51,599 bases of DNA. Origin: Terracidiphilus sp. (GTDB taxonomy: Bacteria; Acidobacteriota; Terriglobia; Terriglobales; Acidobacteriaceae). This document shows, piece after piece, positions 1-11,200 of the stretch. Made by a program: the position numbers and the translations under genes. Numbering within the stretch: position 1 is the stretch's first letter; the number at the start of each line of letters is the position of its first letter. Location: the NCBI GenBank assembly GCA_036489245.1, contig DASXGD010000387.1:1-51599 (forward strand), read 5' to 3'. The notes below the pieces were generated by a model, which saw nothing but the letters and a program-made list of their open reading frames with translations, was not told where the DNA came from and did no database searches.

Positions 1-2025
1 CTGTGGAGCGATCTCACCAATCACAATCTGATCACCGTGCATCCGCTGGGCGGTTGCTCCATGTCGAAAGACGCGTCGGGCGGGGTCGTGAATCACAAGG
101 GCCAGGTGTTTTCCTCGAATACTGGAAACGGGGTCTACGACGGTCTCTATGTCAGCGACGGGTCCGTGATGCCCCGATCGCTCGGCGTCAACCCGCTGCT
201 GACCATCTCGGCGATCGCAGAGCGGTGCTGCGCCCTGATGGCGCAGGACCACGGCTGGACTATTGACTACGACCTCTCGAAGCCTGTTCAACCGCCTCCA
301 TCACCTGCCGTGACAACGGGTCTGCGCTTCACTGAGGCGATGAAGGGATTCTTCTCCACAAAGGTCACAGATGACTTCGCGAAGGGGAACATTGAGGGTA
401 AGCAGGACGGCTCGAGCTTTGAATTCATCCTGACCGTAATTGCCGACGACCTGAATGAACTGCTTACGAATCCGGATCATCCTGGGCGCATGGTTGGCTC
501 TGTCACGGCTCCTGCGCTTTCGGCTGAGCCGCTGACGGTGAGCCAGGGCACGTTCCATCTCCTTGTGAGCGATCCGACCCAGGTCGACACGCGCTTGATG
601 AAGTACGGAATGAACCTGACCACGGAAGAAGGCAAGACCTTCGTCTTCGAGGGCACAAAGATTATCAAGAACGACGGAATTCTTAACATCTGGCGCGACA
701 CGTCGACACTTTACATCACCATCTCGGATCCATCGGGAACGGTCCTGGGCAAAGGGATTCTGGTAATAGAGACTGCAGACTTTTTGCGTCAGATGACGAC
801 CGTCGAAATTACCAATGCCAAGGACGACCAGGAGCGGCTCAACAGTGTGATCCGCTTCGGGCAGTTCTTCGCCGGAGTTTTGTTCGACATTTACGGCAGC
901 GCATTGGCGCCCGCCAACGAGTTCAACCCGCAACCCGTGCCGCGGAAGAAGCGGCCGTTGCGCATGTGTGCTCCAGAGGTTTATCACTTCCTGACCGAAG
1001 ACAATGTCGAGTTACGACTGACGCGATACAAGGGCGGCGCCAAGGGGCCGGTAATGCTTTCCCCCGGTTACGGCACATCTTCCCTCGCATTCACGATCGA
1101 CACGGTAGATACCAATTTGCCGGAGTTCCTCTACGCAAACAATTACGACGTGTGGTTGTTCGACTATCGCGCCAGCCCCGCCTTGCCCTCGTCGCGAACC
1201 CAATTCACCCTGGACGACGTTGCCACGAAGGACTATCCGGCTGCGGTCGCGCAGGTCCGGGCAATTACCGGCGCCCCCGACATCCAGATCATGGCTCACT
1301 GCATCGGCTCGCTTACGTTTTTAATGAGCATGCTTTCTGGAAAGCTCGAGGGAGTCCGCTCGGCTGTTTGCTCGCAAGTGGGCCTCTATCCGATCACCTC
1401 GCCCGAGAACAATGTCAAAGCGGCCTTCGATATCGGAGAATTCTTCAAGAATATCGGCATCGACACACTCACCACTGATTTCGATCCATCAAAATGGGGC
1501 GATGTTCTCGAAGACGGACTGTTGAAACTGGCGGGGGCCGCCGGCCCTCCCTGTAACAGCGCCGTTTGCCGAAGAATCTGGCTGATCTACGGTGAGGTGT
1601 ACGGCCATACCCAGTTAGATCAAGCGACACACGAGGCCATCCACGAGATGTTCGGCATCGCCGACATCACTACCTTCAACCATCTGTTGACGATCGTTCG
1701 CGCCGGTAAAGTGGTGAACAAAGATGGAAAGGATGTCTACCTGCCTAACATACAGCGCCTGAAAATTCCTCTCACCTTCTTCCAGGCAATGGAGAATCAC
1801 CTTTTCTTGCCCGACGGAACCGAACGCAGTTATGAGCTGTTAGTCGCGAAGAATGGCGCCGACGGATATTTCCGCGTAGCAGTTCCTAACTATCATCATA
1901 TGGACTGTTTCATCGGAAAGGATGCGGCGCAGGATATCTATCCGTTGATTCTGGCTCAGCTTGACGGTTACAATCCCGCGCCGCCCGCGACCAGGTCGGC
2001 CGCCTCAGCGACCGTGCTTCACTAA
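1..2025 (+). CDS. GMC oxidoreductase (cholesterol oxidase-like) fused to a middle domain and a C-terminal alpha/beta hydrolase; 5' end outside window
   Basis: Frame open from base 1 ([19 protein letters not shown]). GMC C-terminal motifs TVHPLGGC and [28 protein letters not shown]. Hydrolase part has [10 protein letters not shown], nucleophile elbow AHCIG and YHHMD. Confidence 0.85.
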   Translation: MWSDLTNHNLITVHPLGGCSMSKDASGGVVNHKGQVFSSNTGNGVYDGLYVSDGSVMPRSLGVNPLLTISAIAERCCALMAQDHGWTIDYDLSKPVQPPPSPAVTTGLRFTEAMKGFFSTKVTDDFAKGNIEGKQDGSSFEFILTVIADDLNELLTNPDHPGRMVGSVTAPALSAEPLTVSQGTFHLLVSDPTQVDTRLMKYGMNLTTEEGKTFVFEGTKIIKNDGILNIWRDTSTLYITISDPSGTVLGKGILVIETADFLRQMTTVEITNAKDDQERLNSVIRFGQFFAGVLFDIYGSALAPANEFNPQPVPRKKRPLRMCAPEVYHFLTEDNVELRLTRYKGGAKGPVMLSPGYGTSSLAFTIDTVDTNLPEFLYANNYDVWLFDYRASPALPSSRTQFTLDDVATKDYPAAVAQVRAITGAPDIQIMAHCIGSLTFLMSMLSGKLEGVRSAVCSQVGLYPITSPENNVKAAFDIGEFFKNIGIDTLTTDFDPSKWGDVLEDGLLKLAGAAGPPCNSAVCRRIWLIYGEVYGHTQLDQATHEAIHEMFGIADITTFNHLLTIVRAGKVVNKDGKDVYLPNIQRLKIPLTFFQAMENHLFLPDGTERSYELLVAKNGADGYFRVAVPNYHHMDCFIGKDAAQDIYPLILAQLDGYNPAPPATRSAASATVLH

Positions 2026-2036
2026 AAGGAGCCTCG

Positions 2037-3494
2037 ATGGCAGACAATAGATCCGACGCGACGGCTGCGCGCAATCCGGGGCTCGATGCATTGTTTCAAT
2101 ACCCGCTCATGTCGGCGATGTTCGACCGGCGGACGCGGCGGATCGCACGCGGCACGTCAGTCCTTGCCAACGGCCTGAGCCACACCAGTACCAATGCTCC
2201 CGCACCCCTCTCTGCGCTCGAGGAGGCCGTGCTCATCGTATCGACAGGACTGACCGGTTCGGTTCAGCACGATGGGCCCTTGGACATTCCTACCGGAGGT
2301 CGTGAGCTTGGTACGCCGTTTGTTAATGCGCTGGGACGCTCGGCCAGCAGCCCGGATAACTCCCAGGCGACGACGTTCTTCATGATCAATGACGAGGGCA
2401 TCTTCCTGCTTAAGAAACTTGAAGGCCAGGAGGCGCTTCAGCTACTGGGTGGCCTTCCACCCGACAAGGCGGATTGGGCAGACGCCGATTGGCTTGCTGC
2501 GGCCCAGGCGGTCAAGGTCAAACTCTACGATCAACGACTCGAGTTTCCCCGCCAGTTTCCGTACTATCTCGGATGGAACAAGCAGATTTCAAACCTGCCC
2601 GGCACGACGATCTTCTTACCCGTGGTGGACTGCACGCGCGGTTACATCAACATCATTCTCAACTTGTTGACAGAGCCCGACGGGCAGCGGCCGTTGTTTG
2701 TCGACGACTGGATGACTTTCAAACCCGCCGATGTAGTCGAGGCCGTGGAGTGGGCCGGGGTTGAACTCGGATTTGCCGGTTCTAACAAAAAAGTTCCTTA
2801 TGAGGTTATCGGCGGCCTGGCGCGCGCACAAGACAAGTTTGTCAATCCGAATATTGTTCTGCCCCTCGGTCTGGCGTCGACGATGCGCGTCAACTACGAG
2901 GCTTTCTTTCATTTGCAGAACCTCATGCTTGTGGGGCAGGCCGTCGGCCTGGGGGGATGGGTTCACGCCTCGGTGGCGCCGCCCTATATCCTCGAGCGCG
3001 ATCCATCCAAACAGCTGTTGGGGCTCGGTTTTCGTATGCTGACTGGAAAATCGTGGCCCGATACCGGGTGGCCCCCGGTGCCCGCATCGCAGCCGAATCC
3101 TGTGGGCATCGATGGAGTGCTCCAGGGACTCTGTCCGCCGTATGTAACATCGATGGCGGATGCCGTGGACCAACTTCTGGCTGAGAAATACGGCGCCGGC
3201 GGGATCTACGGCGATCTGAATGTTTTCAAACGGCCGTATCTCTCGGAAACCATGGCCCAGGACTATCTTCAAAACGCCAGCCATTATTCAGACAAGGCTG
3301 TCGCATACGCCAAAGAGATTTGCGGCTACATCTTCGATACCTATGGGCGTTTCCCTGCGCACTGCGACGCTTTCCACGTGCCCGGGATATGGCTCCAGTT
3401 TTCGCATCTTGAACTCGAATACTACGAAAAGTACTACAACGCTAACCAGTTCGCGAGACAGAGTCAGCATGCGTCCATGTGGGGCGAGCCATAA
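2037..3494 (+). CDS. Nitroreductase-fold-like hypothetical protein (485 aa)
   Basis: AAGGAG RBS. N-terminal RRTRR, SASSPDN (APS..N-like) and LQNLMLVGQAVGLGGW resemble nitroreductase FMN-binding signatures. Confidence 0.55.
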   Translation: MADNRSDATAARNPGLDALFQYPLMSAMFDRRTRRIARGTSVLANGLSHTSTNAPAPLSALEEAVLIVSTGLTGSVQHDGPLDIPTGGRELGTPFVNALGRSASSPDNSQATTFFMINDEGIFLLKKLEGQEALQLLGGLPPDKADWADADWLAAAQAVKVKLYDQRLEFPRQFPYYLGWNKQISNLPGTTIFLPVVDCTRGYINIILNLLTEPDGQRPLFVDDWMTFKPADVVEAVEWAGVELGFAGSNKKVPYEVIGGLARAQDKFVNPNIVLPLGLASTMRVNYEAFFHLQNLMLVGQAVGLGGWVHASVAPPYILERDPSKQLLGLGFRMLTGKSWPDTGWPPVPASQPNPVGIDGVLQGLCPPYVTSMADAVDQLLAEKYGAGGIYGDLNVFKRPYLSETMAQDYLQNASHYSDKAVAYAKEICGYIFDTYGRFPAHCDAFHVPGIWLQFSHLELEYYEKYYNANQFARQSQHASMWGEP

Positions 3495-3584
3495 GAGCCG
3501 GTTTGATTGAGCAAGCCACGAGTTACCACGCTTGTTGCCGGTAAGATGCGGGCTGAATGAATGATGAGTAAAAAAGGAGCATCA

Positions 3585-5801
3585 GTGTTTCCAACCATCA
3601 AAATCACAGACCAGGTCGACACGCAGATTGCACCTGTCGATCTATCTAGTCCCTCGTCTCTCCTCAACTATCTGAAGGCGGAGGTTCTGCACCTGGCGGT
3701 GCTCCCGGATTTTCTTGCGCGCAAGGACAGTAAACTCAGTCAGGCGGCCACGAAGCCCATTGAATTCAAAGCCGACGTGAAGAATGACTTTCAACTCGGC
3801 AATACTGTGCCGGAAATTGATATTACTCCCGAAGTGCAGGCGAAGATTCGGGTAAATGCCTCTCCGGGAACCACACTCGATGACGCTGACCCATTCACCG
3901 ATGGCACCGAGGTACCGGACCAAACAGGATATGTTTCGGTTGGCTTTAAGGGATCGTTGGACTTGGGCGTCAGTGGCTCTGAGGGAGATCTGACCTTTGG
4001 ATTCGACGCCACAACAACCGTCAGTCTCGAGTATTTCAAGGCGTTCCCGCTCGGAGCTAACGAACCTACCTTGGCGGATGCCCTCGGCCGGACGATGTCC
4101 AGCTATATTATTCCCGCGGACATCTCCGATCTCACCAAGCTCGGCATCAACGATATTGCGACGGTCTCCGGAGAGGGCACCCTCACGATTTCCGGCGGAG
4201 TTGAAGTCAACGCTTTTCCAAATCCGCTGGCATCCGTAGACCTGCCTTTAGGCACTGGATCGGTTGCCGTACAGGCGGGCGTGCTCGCCGGTCTCACCGT
4301 GAGCTTCGCTGTTTCAGGGTCATATCAGATACGGGCGCGTCGGCTGGATACCGACACAATCGAATTGAGTTTCCTGCGGGAACACGGTGCCACCTGGGAA
4401 GCCGACTTCTCTGGCTCGGCTGGAGTTTCAGTCACCGTGGGGAGCACCGACCTTCTCGAATTACTTATGAAGGCGATAAGTACCGATCCCGCAGGCGATG
4501 CCAAGAAACTAAGTACGTTGGGAGCAGACGAAAGAGCTGCGATTGCTGCCGCAATCAAGAAAGGGCTCGATCATACTCTCCAGGCTTCATTCGACCTGGA
4601 TCTCTCCTCATCCACTGATAACCAGGCTGCATTTCAGTATCATGTCCAACCCGCAAAGCTGAGCTCCGATTCAAGCCTCGCCGTTCATAAGGCGCTCGAT
4701 GGCGACTTAAGCCTACTGACGGCCATGGAAAGTGCCATGCAGGAGGGAGGAATTCTCGCCCCGGGATTGCAGATGACGCAGAGCCTGTTTTCGAAAGTGC
4801 GGAGCAGAGATACGACATTCAAGATAAACCTTCTTGGGATTGTGAATCTTGTTACAGTTTCTGACCTAATACTCGGCAGCGAGACGCTCATCGACGAAGT
4901 TACCGGGGATGTGACAATCAAGGAGACAGTGAGCGGAAGCCGGATTAGCGCGATTACCGATCCCATGCTTCGAAATGAAGCCCTGCGCAAAGCCATGTTT
5001 GACTCTGTCCTGGCTACGACCACTTATCGAGCCGGAAAAGCGATCACGCTTCCGACTCTAACTTGCGAGCAGGTCCATTTCGTTTTGAATCACAATACCA
5101 ACCAGCAGATCATGAGTGACTACCTGAACTGGTTCTGCGCGCTTCGGATTCTTACCGGGCCGGAAAAGGCAGCTTTGCTGGGTCAGTTTATTCCCGGTGG
5201 TCCCTCCACATGCGTGCTGCGGACCGCATTTACCGACGCCGATTCAACTTCAATGTTCTTTGATGGCTCCGGCAATCTGCGTCCGGAGTCCTACTTCCTT
5301 GAAACCGGCCGCCTGGCGATGCGCGCCTTGCTCGACCCCGAACATCAGGATATTGACAAGCTGCGTTATCAGATCGTGGATGACGCACTGTGGCCCAAGG
5401 CGTTAAGTATCGGGGCTAGCCCAAGCCTTGGCCCGCTCGTGGGGCTCAGCACGGACGATCCTCGAGTGGGGGTTCTCAGGGGAGATGTCTTCGTGATCAC
5501 CGACTGGGCAGACGCGATGAGCAAGGTGGGGGCGATCGTCCAGGATGTGCGTAGCTTTGTCGGCAGTGCCGACCCCACGACTCTCGCCCAGAATAACGTA
5601 TTCAAGCAAAAGAGCGGCGCACTTCAGAACAAGCTTGCGGGAATCGCAAAGACGAGCAAGATCCGGTTCGCTGAGCCCTGGGGCATGGTCTCACTCTATT
5701 GGGCAGCGGGGTCGCCCGCATCTGCCTACGGCAAGGCGATCGCAGGTTCCTTCGCGTTAGAGCGTGGCCATCAGCCTGAGCTCACAGCCAGCCAGGACTA
5801 A
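3585..5801 (+). CDS. Hypothetical protein (~738 aa), beta-strand-rich N-half, helical C-half
   Basis: Long ORF in operon context. GTG at 3585 follows AAAGGAG (ORF track start 3561). No recognised motif. Confidence 0.8.
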   Translation: MFPTIKITDQVDTQIAPVDLSSPSSLLNYLKAEVLHLAVLPDFLARKDSKLSQAATKPIEFKADVKNDFQLGNTVPEIDITPEVQAKIRVNASPGTTLDDADPFTDGTEVPDQTGYVSVGFKGSLDLGVSGSEGDLTFGFDATTTVSLEYFKAFPLGANEPTLADALGRTMSSYIIPADISDLTKLGINDIATVSGEGTLTISGGVEVNAFPNPLASVDLPLGTGSVAVQAGVLAGLTVSFAVSGSYQIRARRLDTDTIELSFLREHGATWEADFSGSAGVSVTVGSTDLLELLMKAISTDPAGDAKKLSTLGADERAAIAAAIKKGLDHTLQASFDLDLSSSTDNQAAFQYHVQPAKLSSDSSLAVHKALDGDLSLLTAMESAMQEGGILAPGLQMTQSLFSKVRSRDTTFKINLLGIVNLVTVSDLILGSETLIDEVTGDVTIKETVSGSRISAITDPMLRNEALRKAMFDSVLATTTYRAGKAITLPTLTCEQVHFVLNHNTNQQIMSDYLNWFCALRILTGPEKAALLGQFIPGGPSTCVLRTAFTDADSTSMFFDGSGNLRPESYFLETGRLAMRALLDPEHQDIDKLRYQIVDDALWPKALSIGASPSLGPLVGLSTDDPRVGVLRGDVFVITDWADAMSKVGAIVQDVRSFVGSADPTTLAQNNVFKQKSGALQNKLAGIAKTSKIRFAEPWGMVSLYWAAGSPASAYGKAIAGSFALERGHQPELTASQD

Positions 5802-5823
5802 GTTCGGATCGAGGGGGAAAACC

Positions 5824-7092
5824 ATGGCGATGAAGATCAGCGTTAATCCGGTTGACGCCAGTCGAATCAAGGCCGCGATGGACCAATTGAGTCTGTTGCG
5901 TCCTGAGCTGGCAGCACAAATCCAGGCCTCGATGCTGAGCGCGCATGAGCAGGCTGTCCAGGTTGCCAGGACAGGCATTGTGCCCGCCGGTCCCGCTGCG
6001 CCTCATTCCGCCTTGCTTGCGCATAGCGCATTCACTGATGATTCCGACTCCGTGATCAGCAGCCTGGAAGCAGGCGTGTTGATCGCGGTTGGACTGGACG
6101 GCGTAATCTGGGGCACCGGCAAGTGGCAACAATTCGATCCCGGGTGGGTTGGGTCCTTTGCCGCATTTCTCTGGAGCCTCATATCTGGGAAGCAACAATT
6201 CTCCAAAACTCCTCAGACAATCAAAATCCCGAACCAGGTAAAGATTGGCATGGCCGGCGATTGGGGGACGGGAGAATGGCGCACCAAGGCCAATCCAGCT
6301 CCCAGCACCGGGGTGCGAAACCAGATGGCTAATCTCAATCCGGATGTAACGATTCATCTCGGGGATGTCTACTATTCGGGCCTCGCCGACGAGGAGCAAC
6401 ACCTGCTGATCAATCTCTGGCCGCCGGCGCCGAGCGGATCGTTCGCGCTCAATTCGAATCACGAGATGTACTCCGGGGCGCAGCCTTATTTCAACGCCAT
6501 CACCCATCCGCCGTTCGACAAACAAGGGGGATGCAGTTATTTCGCCATGGAGAACGATAACTGGGTTATCGTCGGACTTGATTCGGCTTACTTCTCGCCG
6601 GAAGGGAATCTCTATACGGATGGACTGTTATTCGACGCGAATCGCCCCAATGACCAGAATGCATTTCTACTGCAAAAAGGTGTGCAGGCGCAGCTCGACG
6701 GCAAAAAGGTGATCGTGTTGACCCATCATAATGGGCTGGATGATCCCGGCATCAACACAAACACGCTCTTCGATCATGTGATGAATGCGTTCCCGGGCAA
6801 CAGCGGTCCGGCATACTGGTACTGGGGACACCAACACCTCGCAGTTGTCTACAAGCCCCGCGGTACGGCCGGAGTCTCATGCCGCTGTTGCGGTCACGGG
6901 GCGCTTCCATGCGGCCAGGCTTCGGTTCTGGCGAACAGCCCGAATGTGGTGTGGCATGAAGATCGTCTCGCCAACGATCCGGATATTCCTGAGCGCGTGT
7001 TGAATGGTTTCGCCATGCTCACGCTCGACGGACCGAACATTCGAGAGGCGTTCTACGACGAGAAGGGTAATGTCGCCTGGGCAAGTTCATAA
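5824..7092 (+). CDS. Calcineurin-like metallophosphoesterase with N-terminal extension
   Basis: Motifs GDWG, HLGDVYY, LNSNHEMY, LTHH and WGHQH. ATG 5824 follows a GAGGGG RBS. Confidence 0.85.
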   Translation: MAMKISVNPVDASRIKAAMDQLSLLRPELAAQIQASMLSAHEQAVQVARTGIVPAGPAAPHSALLAHSAFTDDSDSVISSLEAGVLIAVGLDGVIWGTGKWQQFDPGWVGSFAAFLWSLISGKQQFSKTPQTIKIPNQVKIGMAGDWGTGEWRTKANPAPSTGVRNQMANLNPDVTIHLGDVYYSGLADEEQHLLINLWPPAPSGSFALNSNHEMYSGAQPYFNAITHPPFDKQGGCSYFAMENDNWVIVGLDSAYFSPEGNLYTDGLLFDANRPNDQNAFLLQKGVQAQLDGKKVIVLTHHNGLDDPGINTNTLFDHVMNAFPGNSGPAYWYWGHQHLAVVYKPRGTAGVSCRCCGHGALPCGQASVLANSPNVVWHEDRLANDPDIPERVLNGFAMLTLDGPNIREAFYDEKGNVAWASS

Positions 7093-7113
7093 CTGGCCGG
7101 GATCCCGGCCAGT
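7092..7113. terminator. Perfect 22-bp palindrome between convergent genes; possible terminator hairpin
   Basis: ACTGGCCGGGATCCCGGCCAGT is its own reverse complement and sits at the metallophosphoesterase stop. No clear U-tract. Confidence 0.45.
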
Positions 7114-7169
7114 CAATTCGGGCGAATTTCGTGACTTATCTTTCAAGGCCGCCCGGCCCCAACCTGCCA

Positions 7170-8270
7170 TCACTTCGGATCGGCGTCTGTCTTCAAGCCG
7201 GAAAACTCATCCGTCGGTCTTGCGGTTGCGGGCAAGAGCCGGTATCCGTCCCTCGTGCGAAGGTGATACTTCTGAAGATCCTTGCCGACCAACTTCACCT
7301 TGATTGAGCGCCACCCGCGATTCGGGTTCTCCTGCGGATAATAGCTCAGGGTATAAAGATGAACCAGGTCGTCGCGAATCGAGGCAAAGGCTTGATTTTC
7401 TTCCCGCCAGTTCTTTGCAAAATAAGCTTTCCCGCCGGACACTCTGCTCATGCGTTCAAATGCGGCCGCGGAAACGGGATCGTCCTGAGCCTGCCGCGTG
7501 CTGATGATGTAAATGATGGTTCCGGTGGACTGGGCTAACTCCGCCACGTCCTCCGGAGGAACGGAACTGGCGTTGTCGGGGCCGTTGGAAAAGACCACGA
7601 TCGCCTTTCGTCCCCGGAGCGGCGCCGCATCCTTTACCGTCAATAACAGGCTGTTATAGAGCGCCGCATCGTCTCCGGCAACCGTGCTGCGAACACCGTT
7701 CACGATGCGGAAATGATCCGAGGTCAGGGATGTCTCTCGCAAAAGGTCCCGGCTGTAGGAGTAAAAGGCTACCTTGCTCGCATCATCCATGGAGCGGATG
7801 AAGTCCGCGATCGCGTCCTGCGCGAACACGAAACTCCGGTACATGTAATTGCTGGTATCAAAGAGAACGAAAACGTTGTCCTCGGACAGGTGCGAAATCG
7901 TAACATCGGCCGGATCTTTCGCATCCGTTGAACTGGCCGCAGGACTCTTTCCGGCGTCGTTCGACGGATGGTCCTTTCGCGTGGTTTCCATGGGGCCGTG
8001 GCGGGATTCGCTGCTCTCCTCGAAGGTCGAGACCTTCTCCGGAATTTTGTCTTCGGTCACAGAAAAGTCTTCCGGGCGAAGGCCGGTTACATAGTTCCCC
8101 TTTTGATCGGTCACGGCCACATTGAGTTGCACCAGGACCACATTCACGCGGAGATGCATCGGGTCATCCTGCGCCGCGGTCGAAGTTGCGCCACCCCGCA
8201 GAAAAACCAGAAGCGAAAATACTCCGAAACAGGTAGTGAGCTTTTTTACCCTAACCGATCCGATATGCAC
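7170..8270 (-). CDS. Exported VWA-domain protein (Acidobacterial VWFA-related family)
   Basis: Signal peptide. LRVNVVLVQLNVAVTDQKGNYVTGLRPEDF N-terminus, VLFDTS, RKAIVVFSNG, SGGKAYF, YTLSYYP. AAGGAG RBS. Confidence 0.85.
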   Translation of the reverse strand: MHIGSVRVKKLTTCFGVFSLLVFLRGGATSTAAQDDPMHLRVNVVLVQLNVAVTDQKGNYVTGLRPEDFSVTEDKIPEKVSTFEESSESRHGPMETTRKDHPSNDAGKSPAASSTDAKDPADVTISHLSEDNVFVLFDTSNYMYRSFVFAQDAIADFIRSMDDASKVAFYSYSRDLLRETSLTSDHFRIVNGVRSTVAGDDAALYNSLLLTVKDAAPLRGRKAIVVFSNGPDNASSVPPEDVAELAQSTGTIIYIISTRQAQDDPVSAAAFERMSRVSGGKAYFAKNWREENQAFASIRDDLVHLYTLSYYPQENPNRGWRSIKVKLVGKDLQKYHLRTRDGYRLLPATARPTDEFSGLKTDADPK

Positions 8271-8288
8271 CGCGGTCTCCTTGGATGT

Positions 8289-11200
8289 TTATTGCCGGGC
8301 GATAGTACTTGGGGCCTGAATTGTGATCTTGCCCTCGCGAAACTCGTCGCCAGTCTCTTCAAGGGCGCGCAGCAGGGCTGGCCAGTCGTCGATGTTGCTG
8401 GCGAAAATGTTGGCGACCATGCGGCGGGTCAATGTGGGGACCAGAATGTTGAGCATCACCGGCGAATAGCCCATCTCGTCCGCCAGTCGCGCCCAATAGA
8501 GGTTGTTCGATTCCCACGATTCGGCCAGCAGCCTGCTGGCGTTCCCGCCGTAAGCGGATAACGGCTTCATATTCAGAAGCGCGCAGGTGTTGGTGAGCAC
8601 CAGAGCAGGGTGCGGCACACCGAAGTCGGCTGATAGTCGCGCGGGGGTGATGTCGGTCGGATCCTTGCTAGAGAGTTCCTCCAACTCCCTGCCAGCCGGT
8701 CCCCACTGCGAGACCTGGTCCGGATATCTCTTCTTGAACTCAACCGCAAGATAGAAATTCTCCGCCGGTAATGTCTGCCTGACCAGCGCCTTGACTCGAC
8801 TCGGATTCTGCAGCGCCTGCTCAGTCCGCTCCACGCGATCGGGCGTCATGCGATCAGTAAGAATGCTGATTACCTTCGCCCTGAGATCCGCGTTTGTGGC
8901 GGAAGCAATCAGAAGCTCTTCCCCAGCCCTCTGATAGAGAGCCGCGGCATGCAACTCGTTCCGGCTCACCGACCACCAGCGCGGCAGGACCGCACCCACA
9001 AGCAGATCGGGGACAACCTCTTTCCAGATCAGGGCCTGGACGTTCTTGGGAGCGATGAAGTCCTCTTCTGTCGAAGCCAGCGCGTAGGGCAGATCGGCCA
9101 GCGAACCCATCAGGTAGGCTCCCCCTCCGGCGGTTGCCCCCACTCCGATCAGTTCGGGAACGCCCCAGATGTGTTCAATACCCTGAACTGAAATTGAGGA
9201 AAAGTCATGGGAGCGAATGAAGAGCGGATTGTTATGCAGAACCTCGGCACCGGGCGGCTCGTAGTAGGCATAGTTCAGACCCACCAGGGTGTCCCTGAGA
9301 AACGGCGTAAGCTGGCCGCGGGCGGCTTCCAGCTGCGCCTTCGAACCAGGCGATCTAAGGATCTTGGTCAGATCGGTTCGCACCTGCAATTCCGCGTGCC
9401 GGCTGCTGTAAACAATGGGCGACCACGAACTCTTTTCGTTGCCGGTGAAGATGGGCCGGGGCATCTCGAATTCACGGAGGTTTCCGGCAAGTGGGAGGAG
9501 GGTGCTGCCGACCGAGGCCCCATGCGACATTTCAGTCAGGCCATCATAGAGTCCGAACAGGGAATCGAGCGAAACCAGGCGCTGGTCGTCCATCACGGCG
9601 TGAATTCTTGACGCCAGCTCCTGGTGCACGCGTTGGCTGTCGGAGTTTTGCTGCGAGGGGCCGGCGAGCAGGTCCACAATCTGGTCCTGGGTGAAATCTC
9701 CGTTTCCGCCGGCCGCCTGCAGAATGGACTTTAACGAGGTTCGGGCAGCCTCAAATAACTGCACCGATGATCCAATTCCGGTATAGGGCTGTACAGCATC
9801 TTGCCAGGATGAATTCAGCTTCTCGGTCGCGATCTGGCCCTGGCGGGCGAAGATCTCCCATAGACCAACTTCGGCTTGAAATGCTCCCAGGGCGTTGGCA
9901 CGCAATGCGGGATTGGATATCCCATCAATCCGGTCTGCGGCGCTAACGAAGTGGGTGATCGACGTATCGTCCAGAGCCGGAAATTCGGCAAAGATGGGAA
10001 ACCAGCGATTGAATTGGGGAAGCCGCTCGGCGACCACCAGTTCCGTTGGATCGGACATACTCTTTCCCGGGGGCCTGGCCGCGTTGATCGCACTCAACAT
10101 GAGAAAGATCTGCGTGGGGCCGCTGTCCCGGTCCAGATTTGCGGCGGCAACCAGGGTGTCAAGCAATCTCTCCGGGTTGTCGCAGCAATGACCCCGCTTG
10201 ACCGTCTCCCGAACACTGGTTGATTTGTTCTTCTTGGAAAGGATCTCCTGCCATACGGCGATGCCTCCGGGAACGGCAAGATCGCCGTTTTCTTCCCATT
10301 TCAACGAAGTAAACAACATCAGAAGTTCAGCGTTTCGTGGAAAGACTCCGTGCGCCGCGTTGGCCGGTGACGCGGTCGATCGATATGCATTGTAGAGGCG
10401 TCGCATGCGCGATCCATCCGCGAAGTGAGCTTGTTGCGCCTGGTTCAAACGCGAAAGGACGTCGAAATAGGCAGCCAGCCAGCCGTTGTCCCTCGTCAAC
10501 AGGCGGATCACAAAGTCGCCGGCGGAGTTAGGACTGGTTCCAACCAACTCCTCCCAGGCTTTGTCGGCATCGGCCGGAACGACCACCTTCCCGGAGCGGA
10601 TGCAGATCTCACGCCCGTACAAATCAAAGACGGAGGCCACAGTTGCCAGTCGTTTCAGTCCCGGCGACTGCAGCAGGGCGAGCTGGGTTTCCTGATCGCT
10701 CTTGGATAAAGCCGCGTACAGCCGATCCAGATTCTGATCGTGCAAGAGCTGGTCCACCAGGTTTTCACCGCCCTTTTTGTTCCACGTGCTGACGTCCACC
10801 CAGTCCTTCTCTTCGAAAATCATGGGTACCAGCGTGGCCGGGAACGAATAGGTAAACGGCTCGTTCTTCTCCAGCGACTGTTCAAGAGTGGTCAGGGGGA
10901 AACCGGAGTCGATCGTCAAAAATGCACGCTCGGCATTGGCGGTCACAAGCGCGACATCCTTCGGCCCGCAGCCCCGCTGATACTTGTAACCCAAAATCTC
11001 AATCAGCCGCGCCGCATCATCGCAGCCCGTAACCTTGATGGTGCCTTTGGCGTCCGCCAGGGACTGGAGTTCTCTTGCCTGATGGAGATATCGATCGACC
11101 AGCACAAGGAACTCGGTCTCCCGGCCGCCCTGGTAGCCGTAGAGCGAGGCGTTGCGCGCCAGCATGGGCAGCACTTCGTCAAGAGAAACCTCCTGGCTGA

